A DNA stretch of 64,000 nucleotides from Pseudomonadales bacterium (GCA_965267485.1 OZ254080.1:3520183-3584182); one strand, 5' to 3'; shown: positions 7,121 through 17,209, counted from the first letter of the stretch. Notes: generated by a model from the letters alone, not told the origin. Numbers and translations are program-made.

Positions 7121-8747
7121 CCGCCAGCACCACCATGAGCACGAACTCGTTGGAGCGGAGTTCCCGTGCCTGCGCCTGATCGATCGTACCCACCTGATCC
7201 GTAAACCGGGCGTTCTCCCGCATATCGATCGTTGTTTCGATCAGTAATACCCGATCGACCTCCGGCAGCGCCTCAAGCTCGCCAACGAAATCGCGCATCT
7301 CCAGCGTCGCACTGCTGTAGCTGCTGCCGGCCACATCGATCTCGCCATAGAGCTGCATCACGGCACGGCGGGTCTGGATGTCACTTTCCTCGACATACCC
7401 CGAGTCGTATTCGTCTTCCGATGCCTGTTGTGACACCAGCAGCAGATCACGTTCGAGTACGCGAATCCGCTGTTCGAGATCCGACGCCTCATACTTGTTC
7501 CACTCGATTCTCGAGAGGCTGACACTCGAGAAGCGCGGCTGCCCCAACACGCGGCCGAGGGGCTCGAAGAACGCTTGCGGCGTATTCGCGGCGTCCTGTT
7601 CGATACGGCGCACGACGTCCAGTGTGCTTTCGACCAGCGGCGCATCGTCGAGAATGGATGCGACATTACTGAATCGCTGGTTGAACTCGATCATGCGATC
7701 CTGACGAGCAAGGATGAGATCCTCTTCGCGCTGGTTCATCTCCAGACTGCTCATCGCCAGCAACACGCCTGCCGTCAGGCAGACCAGCATGCCGAATTCC
7801 GTTACCTGCGAGACGACCCGATTGGTCAGATAGCTGTAGTACGTGGACTTCTGGTCACGCGTCGCATAGTGATCCTGCAGCGGATTCTCGCGCGTGCACA
7901 GATACGAGAACAGCGTATCCGCACCTTCGTCTTCGCAGTTCTGCAGGCCGAATTGCTTGAACAGTCGTTCCAGACTCACGAACTCGTAATGTATCCGCTC
8001 GCGATCGTTCGCGAGATCGCGGGCATCCTCGAGCTGCTCGTCATGCATGATGCAGTACACGCGAAGCTGGTCGCTCGGCTCCATCAGCTTCTGGTTCATC
8101 AGAAAGTTGTAGATCTCGATCGTCGCCCGCTCGAGGTTTGTGATGACGCCCTCAAAGTCATCGCGGTCCCACATGTCGCGATCGAACTTCGCCTGCCGCG
8201 ACAGCATCAGGCTGCCGCGCCGGAAGTAGCTGTTCCGAAGGGCGCTGCGCACCTCCCGAGAGACAATCAGCACATGCTCATCACCCTTCTGGATGATCGG
8301 CTTCAGCAGGCGGTGGCTCAGCAGCGGCAACGACCAGATGCCGGCAAGCTGCACTTCATGAGCCTTCAACCGGTCAAGCCAGGGGGACAGGAGTTCCGTA
8401 TTGGTCAGCGCAGACAGCAGCACGGTGTCATCCCGTCGACCGAGGTCGCTGCGCCCGGCAATTCGCGCGTGGGAATACACCTCGTCACGGTAGTGCCGCT
8501 CCAGCATGCGTTCAATGAGCGCACTACGATCCCAGAAGTTGACGTGCGGAATCGTCTCCCGGCGGAAGTCTTCCTCGATCATGTCGACGAGCAGGCGGGA
8601 CGTCATCTCGCCCGAGTGTTCCAGCAGGTATTCGAAGTCAGCAAAGCCCGAGTCATCCGGCTGAAAGTCCTGCGAGCTCAGCAGGCGCGGCCCGTCGAAG
8701 TCGAAGACCGTCATCCGATAGCCTGAGAAGTAGTAAACGCGCTGCAT
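7104..8747 (-). CDS. Pilus assembly protein, possible PilM-PilN/GspL-like fusion
   Basis: 547 aa with one central TM segment (MLVCLTAGVLLAMSSL). It lies directly downstream of the platform gene. The fold assignment is inferred, not seen. Confidence 0.45.
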   Translation of the reverse strand: MQRVYYFSGYRMTVFDFDGPRLLSSQDFQPDDSGFADFEYLLEHSGEMTSRLLVDMIEEDFRRETIPHVNFWDRSALIERMLERHYRDEVYSHARIAGRSDLGRRDDTVLLSALTNTELLSPWLDRLKAHEVQLAGIWSLPLLSHRLLKPIIQKGDEHVLIVSREVRSALRNSYFRRGSLMLSRQAKFDRDMWDRDDFEGVITNLERATIEIYNFLMNQKLMEPSDQLRVYCIMHDEQLEDARDLANDRERIHYEFVSLERLFKQFGLQNCEDEGADTLFSYLCTRENPLQDHYATRDQKSTYYSYLTNRVVSQVTEFGMLVCLTAGVLLAMSSLEMNQREEDLILARQDRMIEFNQRFSNVASILDDAPLVESTLDVVRRIEQDAANTPQAFFEPLGRVLGQPRFSSVSLSRIEWNKYEASDLEQRIRVLERDLLLVSQQASEDEYDSGYVEESDIQTRRAVMQLYGEIDVAGSSYSSATLEMRDFVGELEALPEVDRVLLIETTIDMRENARFTDQVGTIDQAQARELRSNEFVLMVVLAGDLNA

Positions 8748-9947
8748 CTAGCTGATCCCCGTCGCCGCGCTCCAGACCGGGCCGAGCACGCTGAACATGA
8801 TCCAGCCCAGCAGCGCGCCCATGGTCACCGTCAGCACCGGGCTGATCGCGGGCTCGATGGTCTCGATGGTCTCCTGCACTTCACGCTCATAAAAGTAGCT
8901 GACGTTGCGCAGCGCCTCATCGAGATTACCTGTGGTTTCGCCCACATTGATCATCCGCAGCACCAGTGGCGGAAACACCTGCACACGCGCAAAGCTCTGG
9001 GAGATTGGCGTACCCTCGGAGATCGCCTGACGCACCCGGTCCATCGCCTTTTCAAGGTGTGCATTGTCGACAAGCTGTTCGGTGATCTCGATGGATCGGA
9101 GTACGGTGACGCCCGCGCTGTAAAGCAGTGCCATGTAGGTTGCGAAGCGGGCCAGCCTGATCTTGAGCGACATCGGGCCGATGAGGGGAATCCGCAGCTT
9201 CATGCGATCAATCGCAATGCGGAACTCCGGTCGCGAGCGGGCCGCGAGCCTCAGTACGATATCAACGGCCAGCGGCACCACGAGAAAGAGCCACCAGAAC
9301 TCACCGACAAAGTCGGCCGTCGCCAGCAGCGCCACCGTGTGGAAGGGGAGTTCGCTGCCCAGTTCCTCGACAAACGGGATGATGCGGGGCACGAGGTACA
9401 GCAGCAGAAACGCCGAGACAGCAATGATGATGGAGCCGACGATTGCCGGGTACATCATCACGCGCTTCGCCTGTGCAATGAGTTCGTCCGTACGGCGCAT
9501 TGTCAGGCCCATCTCGTGAAGTACGCGCGGCAGCTCACCGGATTCCTCGCCGACGCCCACGAGGGCAACGAACACGTTGTCGAAATCATGCGGATATCTG
9601 GCGAGCGCCGTCGAAAAGTTGGAGCCACCCTCGATCGATTCGACGATGCCTGACAGCACGTCGCGAAAGTAGTTGTCGCCCACGCTGTCGCGCAGGTCAA
9701 TCAGCCCGTCGATCAGCGGCACCCCGGAGGCAGTGAGCTGTTCGAGATGGAAGACCATGTTGATCAGGTCGCGGCGCTGGATCGAGCCGGTGCGGATCAG
9801 CCGTCGCCGAACGTGCGGGCGGCAGGAAATCAGGTCGAAGCCCTGGTTCTCGAGACGGAACTCGACATCGACGTCAGACTTCGCCTGAATCAGTCCCCGG
9901 TGAATCTTGCCGTAGGCATCAATGGCCTTGTAGCGATACTCGGCCAC
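8748..9947 (-). CDS. Type II secretion system F-family platform protein (GspF/PilC/MshG-like)
   Basis: Two T2SSF repeats and three TM regions. N-terminus is typical (YKAID..G....G.I.A). Confidence 0.9.
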   Translation of the reverse strand: MAEYRYKAIDAYGKIHRGLIQAKSDVDVEFRLENQGFDLISCRPHVRRRLIRTGSIQRRDLINMVFHLEQLTASGVPLIDGLIDLRDSVGDNYFRDVLSGIVESIEGGSNFSTALARYPHDFDNVFVALVGVGEESGELPRVLHEMGLTMRRTDELIAQAKRVMMYPAIVGSIIIAVSAFLLLYLVPRIIPFVEELGSELPFHTVALLATADFVGEFWWLFLVVPLAVDIVLRLAARSRPEFRIAIDRMKLRIPLIGPMSLKIRLARFATYMALLYSAGVTVLRSIEITEQLVDNAHLEKAMDRVRQAISEGTPISQSFARVQVFPPLVLRMINVGETTGNLDEALRNVSYFYEREVQETIETIEPAISPVLTVTMGALLGWIMFSVLGPVWSAATGIS

Positions 9948-11650
9948 TAGCGGAGCCCCGTCGTCAGGTCCACGACCCGGCTCAGTTCTTCAATCGTCGT
10001 GTCACCCTGGCGAACGAGCCGCAGGCCGTCCTCCGACATCGACTGGAAGTTGCCGGCGCGGGCGTGGCGACGGAACTCGTTGGTGGTCACTTCCCTGGCC
10101 AGCAAATCATCGAGATCCTCGTTCATCATGAGCACTTCCATGACAAGCGAACGGCCGCGGAAGCCCAAACCGGAACAGTGCGCACAACCCGTGGGCTGGT
10201 AAAGCTCGATCGGCTCCTCGACGCCCAGGATGATCTGCTCGTATTCCTCTGCCGCCCGCGTCGTCTTGCAGTGGCTGCAAAGCACGCGCACCAGGCGCTG
10301 GCCGACAATGCCGATGATGTTGCCCGCCATGATGCCGGACTGGACGCCGATGTCGCGAAGACGCGGAAACGCGCCAAGCGCCGAGTTCGTATGCAGGGTC
10401 GTAAAGACCTGGTGGCCGGTCATCGCTGCGCGGAAGGCCATCTCGGCGGTGTCCTTGTCGCGAATCTCGCCCACCAGAATGATGTCCGGGTCCTGCCGCA
10501 TGATCGCGCGGATGCCATCGGCGAAGTCGAGCTTGGCGCCTTCCGAAACCGCCGTCTGACGAATCATGTCGATGTGGTATTCGACCGGGTCTTCCAGCGT
10601 CATGATGTTCACGCGGATCGAGTTCAGGAAGTTCAGCATCGAATACAGGGTCGTCGTCTTGCCGCTCCCTGTAGGCCCCGTGACGAGGATGATGCCCTCG
10701 GGCCGGCTCATCAGCAGCTTGAGCTTGTCGATATTGTCGCGAGCGAGATTGAGCTCTTCGAGTTCGAGCAGCCCTTTCTCGCGGTCCAGCACGCGTAGCA
10801 CGATGTTCTCGCCGTAGACCGTCGGCAATACGGAGACACGGAAGTCGACCGTCTTGCCGCCCACCTTGAGTGATATCCGCCCGTCCTGGGCAACCCGGTT
10901 CTCGGCGATGTTGAGACCGGCGATAACCTTCAGCCGCACCGAAATCGCCGGCCAGAAATCCTTGTGGAGGCTGCGGATCTGCAGCATGACACCGTCGATG
11001 CGATAGCGAACGCGCAGGAACATCGCCTGCGGCTCAAAGTGAATGTCAGACGCGTTTCGCTTCACCGCGTCGGAAAGCAGTGCGTCGACGAGCCGAACGA
11101 TTGGCTGGCTGTACTCCTCGCCGGATTGCTCGAGGCTGTCGTAGTCGACGATGCCGGTTTCGACCTCCTTCAGGATGCCGTCGACTGACATCTCGTAGCC
11201 ATAGAACTGGTCGATGGCCTTGATGATGTCACTCTCGGTCGCGAGCACCGGGCGGAGAATGACGTCGCTCTTGATATTGGCATTGATACGGTCGAGCACC
11301 ATGACGTCATAGATATCGACCATCGCCAGCACGAGTGTCCGGTCCTCGGCGTTGTAGGACACCGGGAACACGCGATGCCGTTGCGCCAGCTGCTTCGAGA
11401 CGATCTGGATGGCGTCCGAATCGGGCACGATGCTGGTGAGATCGATACTGCCGCGGCCGAGGGTCTCGCCCAGCATGTCGCGCATGATGTCCTCGGACAC
11501 GAAGCCGAGGTCGACCAGCGCCTGGCCGATCATCTTGCCGGTCTTCTTCTGTTCAATCAGCGCGATGGTGATCTGGTCTTCGGTGACGATGCACTGCTCC
11601 AGCAGGCGCTCACCAATGCGAAGCGGCTTGGACGCCTTCTTCTCGCTCAT
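9947..11650 (-). CDS. GspE/PilB-family secretion ATPase with MshEN-like N-terminal domain
   Basis: Walker A GPTGSGKTTT, tetracysteine CSHC...CAHC, and tandem RLGxxLLxxGxV-type motifs at the N-terminus. Confidence 0.92.
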   Translation of the reverse strand: MSEKKASKPLRIGERLLEQCIVTEDQITIALIEQKKTGKMIGQALVDLGFVSEDIMRDMLGETLGRGSIDLTSIVPDSDAIQIVSKQLAQRHRVFPVSYNAEDRTLVLAMVDIYDVMVLDRINANIKSDVILRPVLATESDIIKAIDQFYGYEMSVDGILKEVETGIVDYDSLEQSGEEYSQPIVRLVDALLSDAVKRNASDIHFEPQAMFLRVRYRIDGVMLQIRSLHKDFWPAISVRLKVIAGLNIAENRVAQDGRISLKVGGKTVDFRVSVLPTVYGENIVLRVLDREKGLLELEELNLARDNIDKLKLLMSRPEGIILVTGPTGSGKTTTLYSMLNFLNSIRVNIMTLEDPVEYHIDMIRQTAVSEGAKLDFADGIRAIMRQDPDIILVGEIRDKDTAEMAFRAAMTGHQVFTTLHTNSALGAFPRLRDIGVQSGIMAGNIIGIVGQRLVRVLCSHCKTTRAAEEYEQIILGVEEPIELYQPTGCAHCSGLGFRGRSLVMEVLMMNEDLDDLLAREVTTNEFRRHARAGNFQSMSEDGLRLVRQGDTTIEELSRVVDLTTGLR

Positions 11651-13278
11651 TGCGCGCCACCCAGCTGGTTCATGCGATTGCGGGCGGTCGCGATATCGAA
11701 CCGGCCGCCGCTTCGCTCTGCGAGGCGCACGGCCTCATCGTAGAAGTTCCGCGCCTCCCGGCGCTGCCCAAGATGATCCAGCGCGACAGCCAGATTGAAC
11801 GCGTAGTCGGCGCTGTCGCGATTTCTCGAATACGCCTCGAAGAACGCCTGTTGAGCGGGCGACCAGCGCCCGTCTGCGGCAAACCCCATGCCCCTCATGA
11901 AGTGCAGCTGGGCGTTGTCGGGATAACGCGCGAGCAGGTCTTCAAGTTCGTCACCCACCTCACCCAACGCACCCCGGTGCTGCATGAGTGCCAGCATGCC
12001 GATTCTCGCATCCGCGTCGGTGGGCGACGCAATCAGCACACGTTGATAGTGACTGAATGCCTCGCTCCACCGGGATCGGGCAACAGCGGTTGCCGCGGCG
12101 CCCAGCAGCGCGTCCCGATTCGATGGCGAGCGTTCGAGCGCCGCCGCGTACTGCGTTGCCGCCGCGTCGAAATCTCCACGCTGATACGCCTCGTAGCCCT
12201 CGATGATCATCTGCGTCTCGGGGATGGGGCGCGTCGATGTGCGCGTGAAGACCGCGGTGGGCTCACCGGTTGCCGCGGTCGATGCCAGAAGGTTCAGGAT
12301 TTCCGTTCGGGAGGGTGGCTCGTCGCCGCGATTCAGGATGCGCGGCGCTGCCGGTTCCACCGCGACAGGCGCCGGTTCTTCCTGGGCAGCGGGGACGGCC
12401 ACGGGTGTATCCGGTGCGGCAACACTGCTGGCCGCTGCCTCATGAGTCGTTGCGATAGGCCGTTCGGCAGGCGCTGGCTGCGGAGCGATCAGGCGATCGG
12501 GAATGCTGAGTTCCTCATGATCGGCGATGGCCTCCACTTGCGCCACCGAAGGTCTGGGCGCACGACTGCCAAGCAGGAAGAAGTAATAGGCCACGACGCC
12601 ACCAATCGCCGTCAGCACGAGCATGAAATACAGAAAGTTCTGGCGCCGGCGCTGACGCTTGCCGATCTCTCGCCCCATGACAAGCAGCTGTTCGACGCGG
12701 CCAGGATCGGCCTTGGCGCGTGGCGGTGGCGCCGGCTCCTCGTCCTGCTCCCACGTCAGATCCTCAACCCGAATCGGTTCCGGTACCGGCCCATGGGACA
12801 CGGGCTCGTCGATGTCCCCGGCGTCTTCGAGTTCGCCTTCGGCGGCCGCCTCAAACGCATCCCAGTCGAACTCACTCTCGTCGAGCTCCACGGCATCATC
12901 TGCATCGACGAGATCCTCAATCAATTCATCATCGGGCTCGTCGTCAGCTTGCGCCTCGAAGGGCTCGTCATCGACGGCCGGCACGTCGGTCTCGACAGTG
13001 TCGTCAGCATCTTCGATGTCGTTGTGGCGATCGACTTCCGGTGCCGACGTCTCACGAGCGGGCTCGTCATGAAGTTTTTCCGCACGATCGAGCAGGAACT
13101 CGTTCACGCCCTTCATGATCTCACTGGTGGATTCCGGCCTGGCCGGCGCCGAAGTCGACCCCACCGGTTCGCTCGCGGGAGCATCATCTGCCGGCGGCGC
13201 CTGGTCGGCGTCCTGCGCTTCCCGGCGCTGCCGCTTTTCGAGCGCCGCCTGTTTCAGTGCTTCAAGAAGAAGACTCAC
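11647..13278 (-). CDS. GspB/MshN-like bitopic protein with acidic linker and C-terminal TPR repeats
   Basis: N-terminus MSLLLEALKQAA, one TM segment (FLYFMLVLTAIGGVVAYYFF) and C-terminal TPR-like repeats. The start overlaps the ATPase gene by 4 nt. Confidence 0.6.
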   Translation of the reverse strand: MSLLLEALKQAALEKRQRREAQDADQAPPADDAPASEPVGSTSAPARPESTSEIMKGVNEFLLDRAEKLHDEPARETSAPEVDRHNDIEDADDTVETDVPAVDDEPFEAQADDEPDDELIEDLVDADDAVELDESEFDWDAFEAAAEGELEDAGDIDEPVSHGPVPEPIRVEDLTWEQDEEPAPPPRAKADPGRVEQLLVMGREIGKRQRRRQNFLYFMLVLTAIGGVVAYYFFLLGSRAPRPSVAQVEAIADHEELSIPDRLIAPQPAPAERPIATTHEAAASSVAAPDTPVAVPAAQEEPAPVAVEPAAPRILNRGDEPPSRTEILNLLASTAATGEPTAVFTRTSTRPIPETQMIIEGYEAYQRGDFDAAATQYAAALERSPSNRDALLGAAATAVARSRWSEAFSHYQRVLIASPTDADARIGMLALMQHRGALGEVGDELEDLLARYPDNAQLHFMRGMGFAADGRWSPAQQAFFEAYSRNRDSADYAFNLAVALDHLGQRREARNFYDEAVRLAERSGGRFDIATARNRMNQLGGAQ

Positions 13279-13287
13279 CGCCGTGCC

Positions 13288-14892
13288 TCACTGACCGGTT
13301 GGCTCGATATAGCGGCGAAAGTCCCGCAGTTCGCCGGCGACGCTGGCACGCTCGATCACGGTCGGCTTGAGAAAGATGACAAGCTCTGACTTGCTGGTTT
13401 GCGCGTCGCGGTACGAAAACGCCTTGCCAAGCCCGGGCACGCGGCTGAGGAACGGCACACCGCGGTCGTTCTGTTGGGTTTCGTCCTGCATCAGTCCGCC
13501 GATGATCGCGATGTCTCCACTGGATACCTTCAATATCGACTCGACCTCACGAACCTGAATCACCGGAATCTCGCTTACCACATCGGCATCGGCCAGCGCC
13601 GGGTTCGGATCACGCACGAAATTGATGACGCGCGAAATCGTCGGTCTCACATTCAGAATGACGCCGCCGCGCTCGTTCACGAACGGCGTCACACTCATCA
13701 CGAAGCCGACGGGCACCGTATTCACCTCGGTCTCGAAGGTCGTCAGCGTGCCCGCACCGGCAACAGTGGTGGACGTATCGATGTTCACCTCGACCGTGAA
13801 GTACACGAGGTTATCGACCACCTTCAGCAGCGCAGTCTGGTTATTCATCGCCATGACTTTCGGGCTCGACATGACGCTGACGTCACCGAAGGTTTCAAGC
13901 GCCCGCAGGGTCGCCTGCAGGGGATTGCCGTTGAACGACTGATCGTCAACGGTCAGCGTGAATGTCGGTGGTGTCGCGAGCGACGTATCGGTCAGCGCCT
14001 GATTGACGGTGACACCACTGGTGGAATCGAGGTTCAGCAGCGTCCAGTCGATGCCAGCCTGGAATCGCTCGCTGAGGTTCACCTCGGCAATCGTCGCCTC
14101 GATGAGCACCTGCCGCTGCGTACTCAGCTGAACGGAGTCGAGAAATTCGCGAACCTGGCGATGCTCACCCTCGGTCGCGCGCACGGCGACGATACCCGAT
14201 TCGCGGTTGACGATAACGTCAGGGCTGATCGCCTCGCTGGCTTCCCCCTCGGCGCCGGCAGAACGGTTGAGGATGGCGAGGATATTGTCTCTGAGCGTTT
14301 CCCAGAATGCGTTTTCGCTCACGTTCTGCACGCGGGTGTCCGAGCTGTTGCCGGTCGCGCTGTCGCCGCCGGACTCACCCTGCCCCGTGGCGCTGATCTG
14401 GGTTGAGACCGCAACGCTGCCGATGCTGGTTCTTGCAATGTTCAGGTAGTCGACCTGGTAGTTCCGCAGAAACGGCAGGTCCCGCTCCACGGTCAGCCGC
14501 TTGCCGTCGATTTCGTACCGGAGTCCTGCGCTGCGTGCGATGCGTGCCAGCAGAGACGACAGCGGCTGGTCGACGGCGTTGACGGTGACCCGCTGGTCGA
14601 TTCCCGTATCGATATCGAGATTCAGGCCGGCATCGCGCGCAATCGAAAACAGCAGCTCGCGGACCGGTACGTCATAGACAACCACGGTATGGGTTGTCTC
14701 CTCACGCTGGACCTCCGGTCGCGGCAGTGAGATTGCGGCCGCGACTGGCGGCGGAATGTCTTCGGCCGCTGGCGCCGGCTCCGGCGCACGAAGATGGCCG
14801 CCGGTGAGCGGCTCACGCTCGACCGGCGTGGGAGTGGTCTCGCAGCCAGCGACCACCAACGTCAAGAGAACAACCAGCATCACTCGTCTCAT
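13288..14892 (-). CDS. Secretin (MshL/PilQ/GspD family), lipoprotein type
   Basis: Lipobox LVVAGC and a C-terminal secretin domain (VPFLSRVPGLGKAF...LVIFLKPTV). ATG at 14892 overlaps the upstream stop by 4 nt. Confidence 0.9.
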   Translation of the reverse strand: MRRVMLVVLLTLVVAGCETTPTPVEREPLTGGHLRAPEPAPAAEDIPPPVAAAISLPRPEVQREETTHTVVVYDVPVRELLFSIARDAGLNLDIDTGIDQRVTVNAVDQPLSSLLARIARSAGLRYEIDGKRLTVERDLPFLRNYQVDYLNIARTSIGSVAVSTQISATGQGESGGDSATGNSSDTRVQNVSENAFWETLRDNILAILNRSAGAEGEASEAISPDVIVNRESGIVAVRATEGEHRQVREFLDSVQLSTQRQVLIEATIAEVNLSERFQAGIDWTLLNLDSTSGVTVNQALTDTSLATPPTFTLTVDDQSFNGNPLQATLRALETFGDVSVMSSPKVMAMNNQTALLKVVDNLVYFTVEVNIDTSTTVAGAGTLTTFETEVNTVPVGFVMSVTPFVNERGGVILNVRPTISRVINFVRDPNPALADADVVSEIPVIQVREVESILKVSSGDIAIIGGLMQDETQQNDRGVPFLSRVPGLGKAFSYRDAQTSKSELVIFLKPTVIERASVAGELRDFRRYIEPTGQ

Positions 14893-15764
14893 CGCGACAG
14901 TACTCCACCCGTCTGGGCGTTGAAGCCTGACCGGAACGGCCACCATCTCGGCTTTGACGTGTATTCGCTGTCAACCGCCGCGCGATAGATATCGTCGGGA
15001 CGGATATCGTGAATGCCGCGCGCATACCCCGACATCAGCGCCTTGTCCGCAAGGATGTTGATGCGGCGAATCAGGCCGTGAGAATACTTGAGCACGCTGC
15101 GAGCAGTGGCCCGGGAGAACAGGTCCGGGCCCTTGTAGCCCGAGGCCCGGACGCGAAAATTCAGATAGGCGTGAACGTCGTCGAGCTTCAGCGGCGAGAG
15201 ATAAAGACTGTGCGTGACCCGCTCGCGCAGCTGTCGGATCTTCCGGCTGGCAAGCTTTTCGTCCAGTTCCGGTTGGCCGAACAGTACGATTTGCAGCAAT
15301 TTGTATTCGTCGGTTTCGAGGTTCGATAGCAGGCGCAGCTCCTCGAGGGTTTCGAGCGGCATTTCCTGCGCCTCTTCGACCAGCACAACCACGCGCTCGT
15401 TGCGTGCATGCCGCCGCAGAAGATCGGCCTGGATCTGGCGCATGACCGTCAACTTGTCTCGCCGAACGGGCAGCTTAAGCCCCATCTCGCGAGCAATCTC
15501 CTGCAGCATCTGCGGCGGCGACAGGCGCGGATGGGCAAGATAGACCCAGGTGATGCCGCGGGTCAGCTTGTGCGGCAGCATACGGCACAGCATCGTCTTG
15601 CCCGTACCGACTTCACCAACGACCTTGGTGATGCCTTCGCCGGTGGAAATCGCGTAGCAGATGGCGTGGAGCGTCGCACCGCGCTCGGAACCTTCAAAAA
15701 ATGACTGCGTGTCTGGCGTGATCCGGAACGGGGGCCTGGACAGACCGAAATGATCGAGATACAT
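14889..15764 (-). CDS. ExeA/MshM-family AAA ATPase
   Basis: N-terminus YLDHFGLSRPPF and Walker A GEVGTGKTML. It lacks a C-terminal PG-binding domain. Confidence 0.85.
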   Translation of the reverse strand: MYLDHFGLSRPPFRITPDTQSFFEGSERGATLHAICYAISTGEGITKVVGEVGTGKTMLCRMLPHKLTRGITWVYLAHPRLSPPQMLQEIAREMGLKLPVRRDKLTVMRQIQADLLRRHARNERVVVLVEEAQEMPLETLEELRLLSNLETDEYKLLQIVLFGQPELDEKLASRKIRQLRERVTHSLYLSPLKLDDVHAYLNFRVRASGYKGPDLFSRATARSVLKYSHGLIRRINILADKALMSGYARGIHDIRPDDIYRAAVDSEYTSKPRWWPFRSGFNAQTGGVLSR

Positions 15765-15877
15765 GTTGGCGTCGGTTCTCCCGCGGGCAGGCGGAAATGC
15801 CCACGCGAAGTAGTCTAAGCCAGAAAATCACGCTTTGCACGGTGCCAAAGTGCCATCATCATCAAGACGTGACCCTG

Positions 15878-17209
15878 TCAGACGAAGGCCGTGGTTCCCG
15901 TCGCCTGTGGATCCGCCGATGCCAGGTGCCAGACGGTCTTGAATACCGTGCCGCGGGGTGAGTTCGGCGTGACTTCGACGTTGCCGCCCCGCTTGCGAAC
16001 GATGCGATTCACCAGCGCCAGTCCAAGCCCGCTGCCGGCATTGCGCCGCCCTGCCGTCACGAATGGCAGGAAGATGCGCCGCCGCGCCGAATCGGTAATG
16101 CCGGGGCCGTCATCACAGACCGATATCTCCAGCGTATCGCCTTCCCGCACGCCGAGGATCTTGATCTCGCCTGACTCGGCATCGTGATGCTTGATCGCGT
16201 TGTCGACGAGGTTACGAATCACGAGTTCCACCTCCGTGCCATCCGCCATGACCCGGTCAAAATGACCGCTCACCGACACCCGGTAGCGGGGCAGGTTCTC
16301 GTACAGGCGCTTGACCGAGTTCACGGCATGTCGGGTATCAGCAATCGCGGCCGGGTCTTCGGCGACCTGCGAGCGTGCATACTGCACGAGCGAGTCAATC
16401 AGATTGCTCGCCTGCATGACCTGATCGACGATGCGCTGGAGCGCCGGCGACGGATCGAGGTCCCGCTGCACCTTCAGACGGCTCTCGAGATCCTCGGCAA
16501 TGCCGACGATCTGCTGCAGCGGGCCACGGAGGTCATGGGCCGACGCTGACGAAAAGAGTTCGAGCGTCTGCACCTGCTCCGAGAGCAGCGCGTTCTCGCG
16601 AGACATCACTGCTTCACGCTCGAGACGCCGGCGCCGTTTGGCGAAGATCAGCACGACGAGCCAGATTGCCATCGCGCTCGAAACGAGAATCGCCACAGAG
16701 AGGAACGCCTGCCATTGCGCTGCTTGCTGACCCAGTCTGGAGATACCCGACACCAGCGCCTGAGTTGACTGCCGGTATTCCGCCAGTGCCGGGCCGTCAT
16801 TGACGACAACCCGGCGATCGATCTGCATGACCGGTCTTCCCTCCGCATGGAGGCGGGCGATGGTCGGCAGGTGGGATCGATATTCGTCGAGGGTCTCGCG
16901 ATAGACCTCATAGCTGACATTGAACTCGTACCGCCGTGCGATTGCCTCGACCTCGTCCAGGTCGGCCAGCACCCGTTCATGGTTTTTCAGCACGCGCTCG
17001 CGATAGGCAGGATCGCCCCGCAGCACGAAGTTCTTGAAGTCGTGGATTATCCCGCCATAGCCGGCAAGCTGATCCATCTCGACCGAGAGGTTGGCGAGCG
17101 CGACCAGGTCATCGAGTACCCGGGCGCGGGAATTTGTGACGAATGCCAGCCCGACAAGTGAATAGATCACTATCGCAATGACGAGAATGAGATAGGCATT
17201 CAACTTCAT
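15878..17209 (-). CDS. Sensor histidine kinase (two TM segments, periplasmic domain, HisKA + HATPase)
   Basis: H-box SASAHDLRGPL, N-box LVDNAIKH and G-box GSGLGLAL. No response regulator lies adjacent. Confidence 0.85.
   Translation of the reverse strand: MKLNAYLILVIAIVIYSLVGLAFVTNSRARVLDDLVALANLSVEMDQLAGYGGIIHDFKNFVLRGDPAYRERVLKNHERVLADLDEVEAIARRYEFNVSYEVYRETLDEYRSHLPTIARLHAEGRPVMQIDRRVVVNDGPALAEYRQSTQALVSGISRLGQQAAQWQAFLSVAILVSSAMAIWLVVLIFAKRRRRLEREAVMSRENALLSEQVQTLELFSSASAHDLRGPLQQIVGIAEDLESRLKVQRDLDPSPALQRIVDQVMQASNLIDSLVQYARSQVAEDPAAIADTRHAVNSVKRLYENLPRYRVSVSGHFDRVMADGTEVELVIRNLVDNAIKHHDAESGEIKILGVREGDTLEISVCDDGPGITDSARRRIFLPFVTAGRRNAGSGLGLALVNRIVRKRGGNVEVTPNSPRGTVFKTVWHLASADPQATGTTAFV

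Noticed and set aside
7575-8726. 383-aa plus-strand ORF inside the pilus operon
   Set aside because: It is antisense to the 547-aa pilus assembly gene, which is coupled to its neighbours. Its His/Arg/Gln-rich, low-complexity-like composition suggests it is spurious.
11650-13389. 579-aa plus-strand ORF, the longest ORF in this stretch
   Set aside because: It lies entirely antisense to the GspB/MshN-like TPR gene and the secretin 3' end. Its Arg/Gly-rich composition is typical of high-GC antisense frames and it has no recognisable motifs. The minus-strand genes have clear family motifs and operon coupling.
15800-15860. TGGCAC-TT-TGGCAC (minus strand) upstream of the pilus operon as a sigma-54 promoter
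   Set aside because: No TTGC -12 element lies at the required spacing from either TGGCAC. It is kept only as an unexplained direct repeat.
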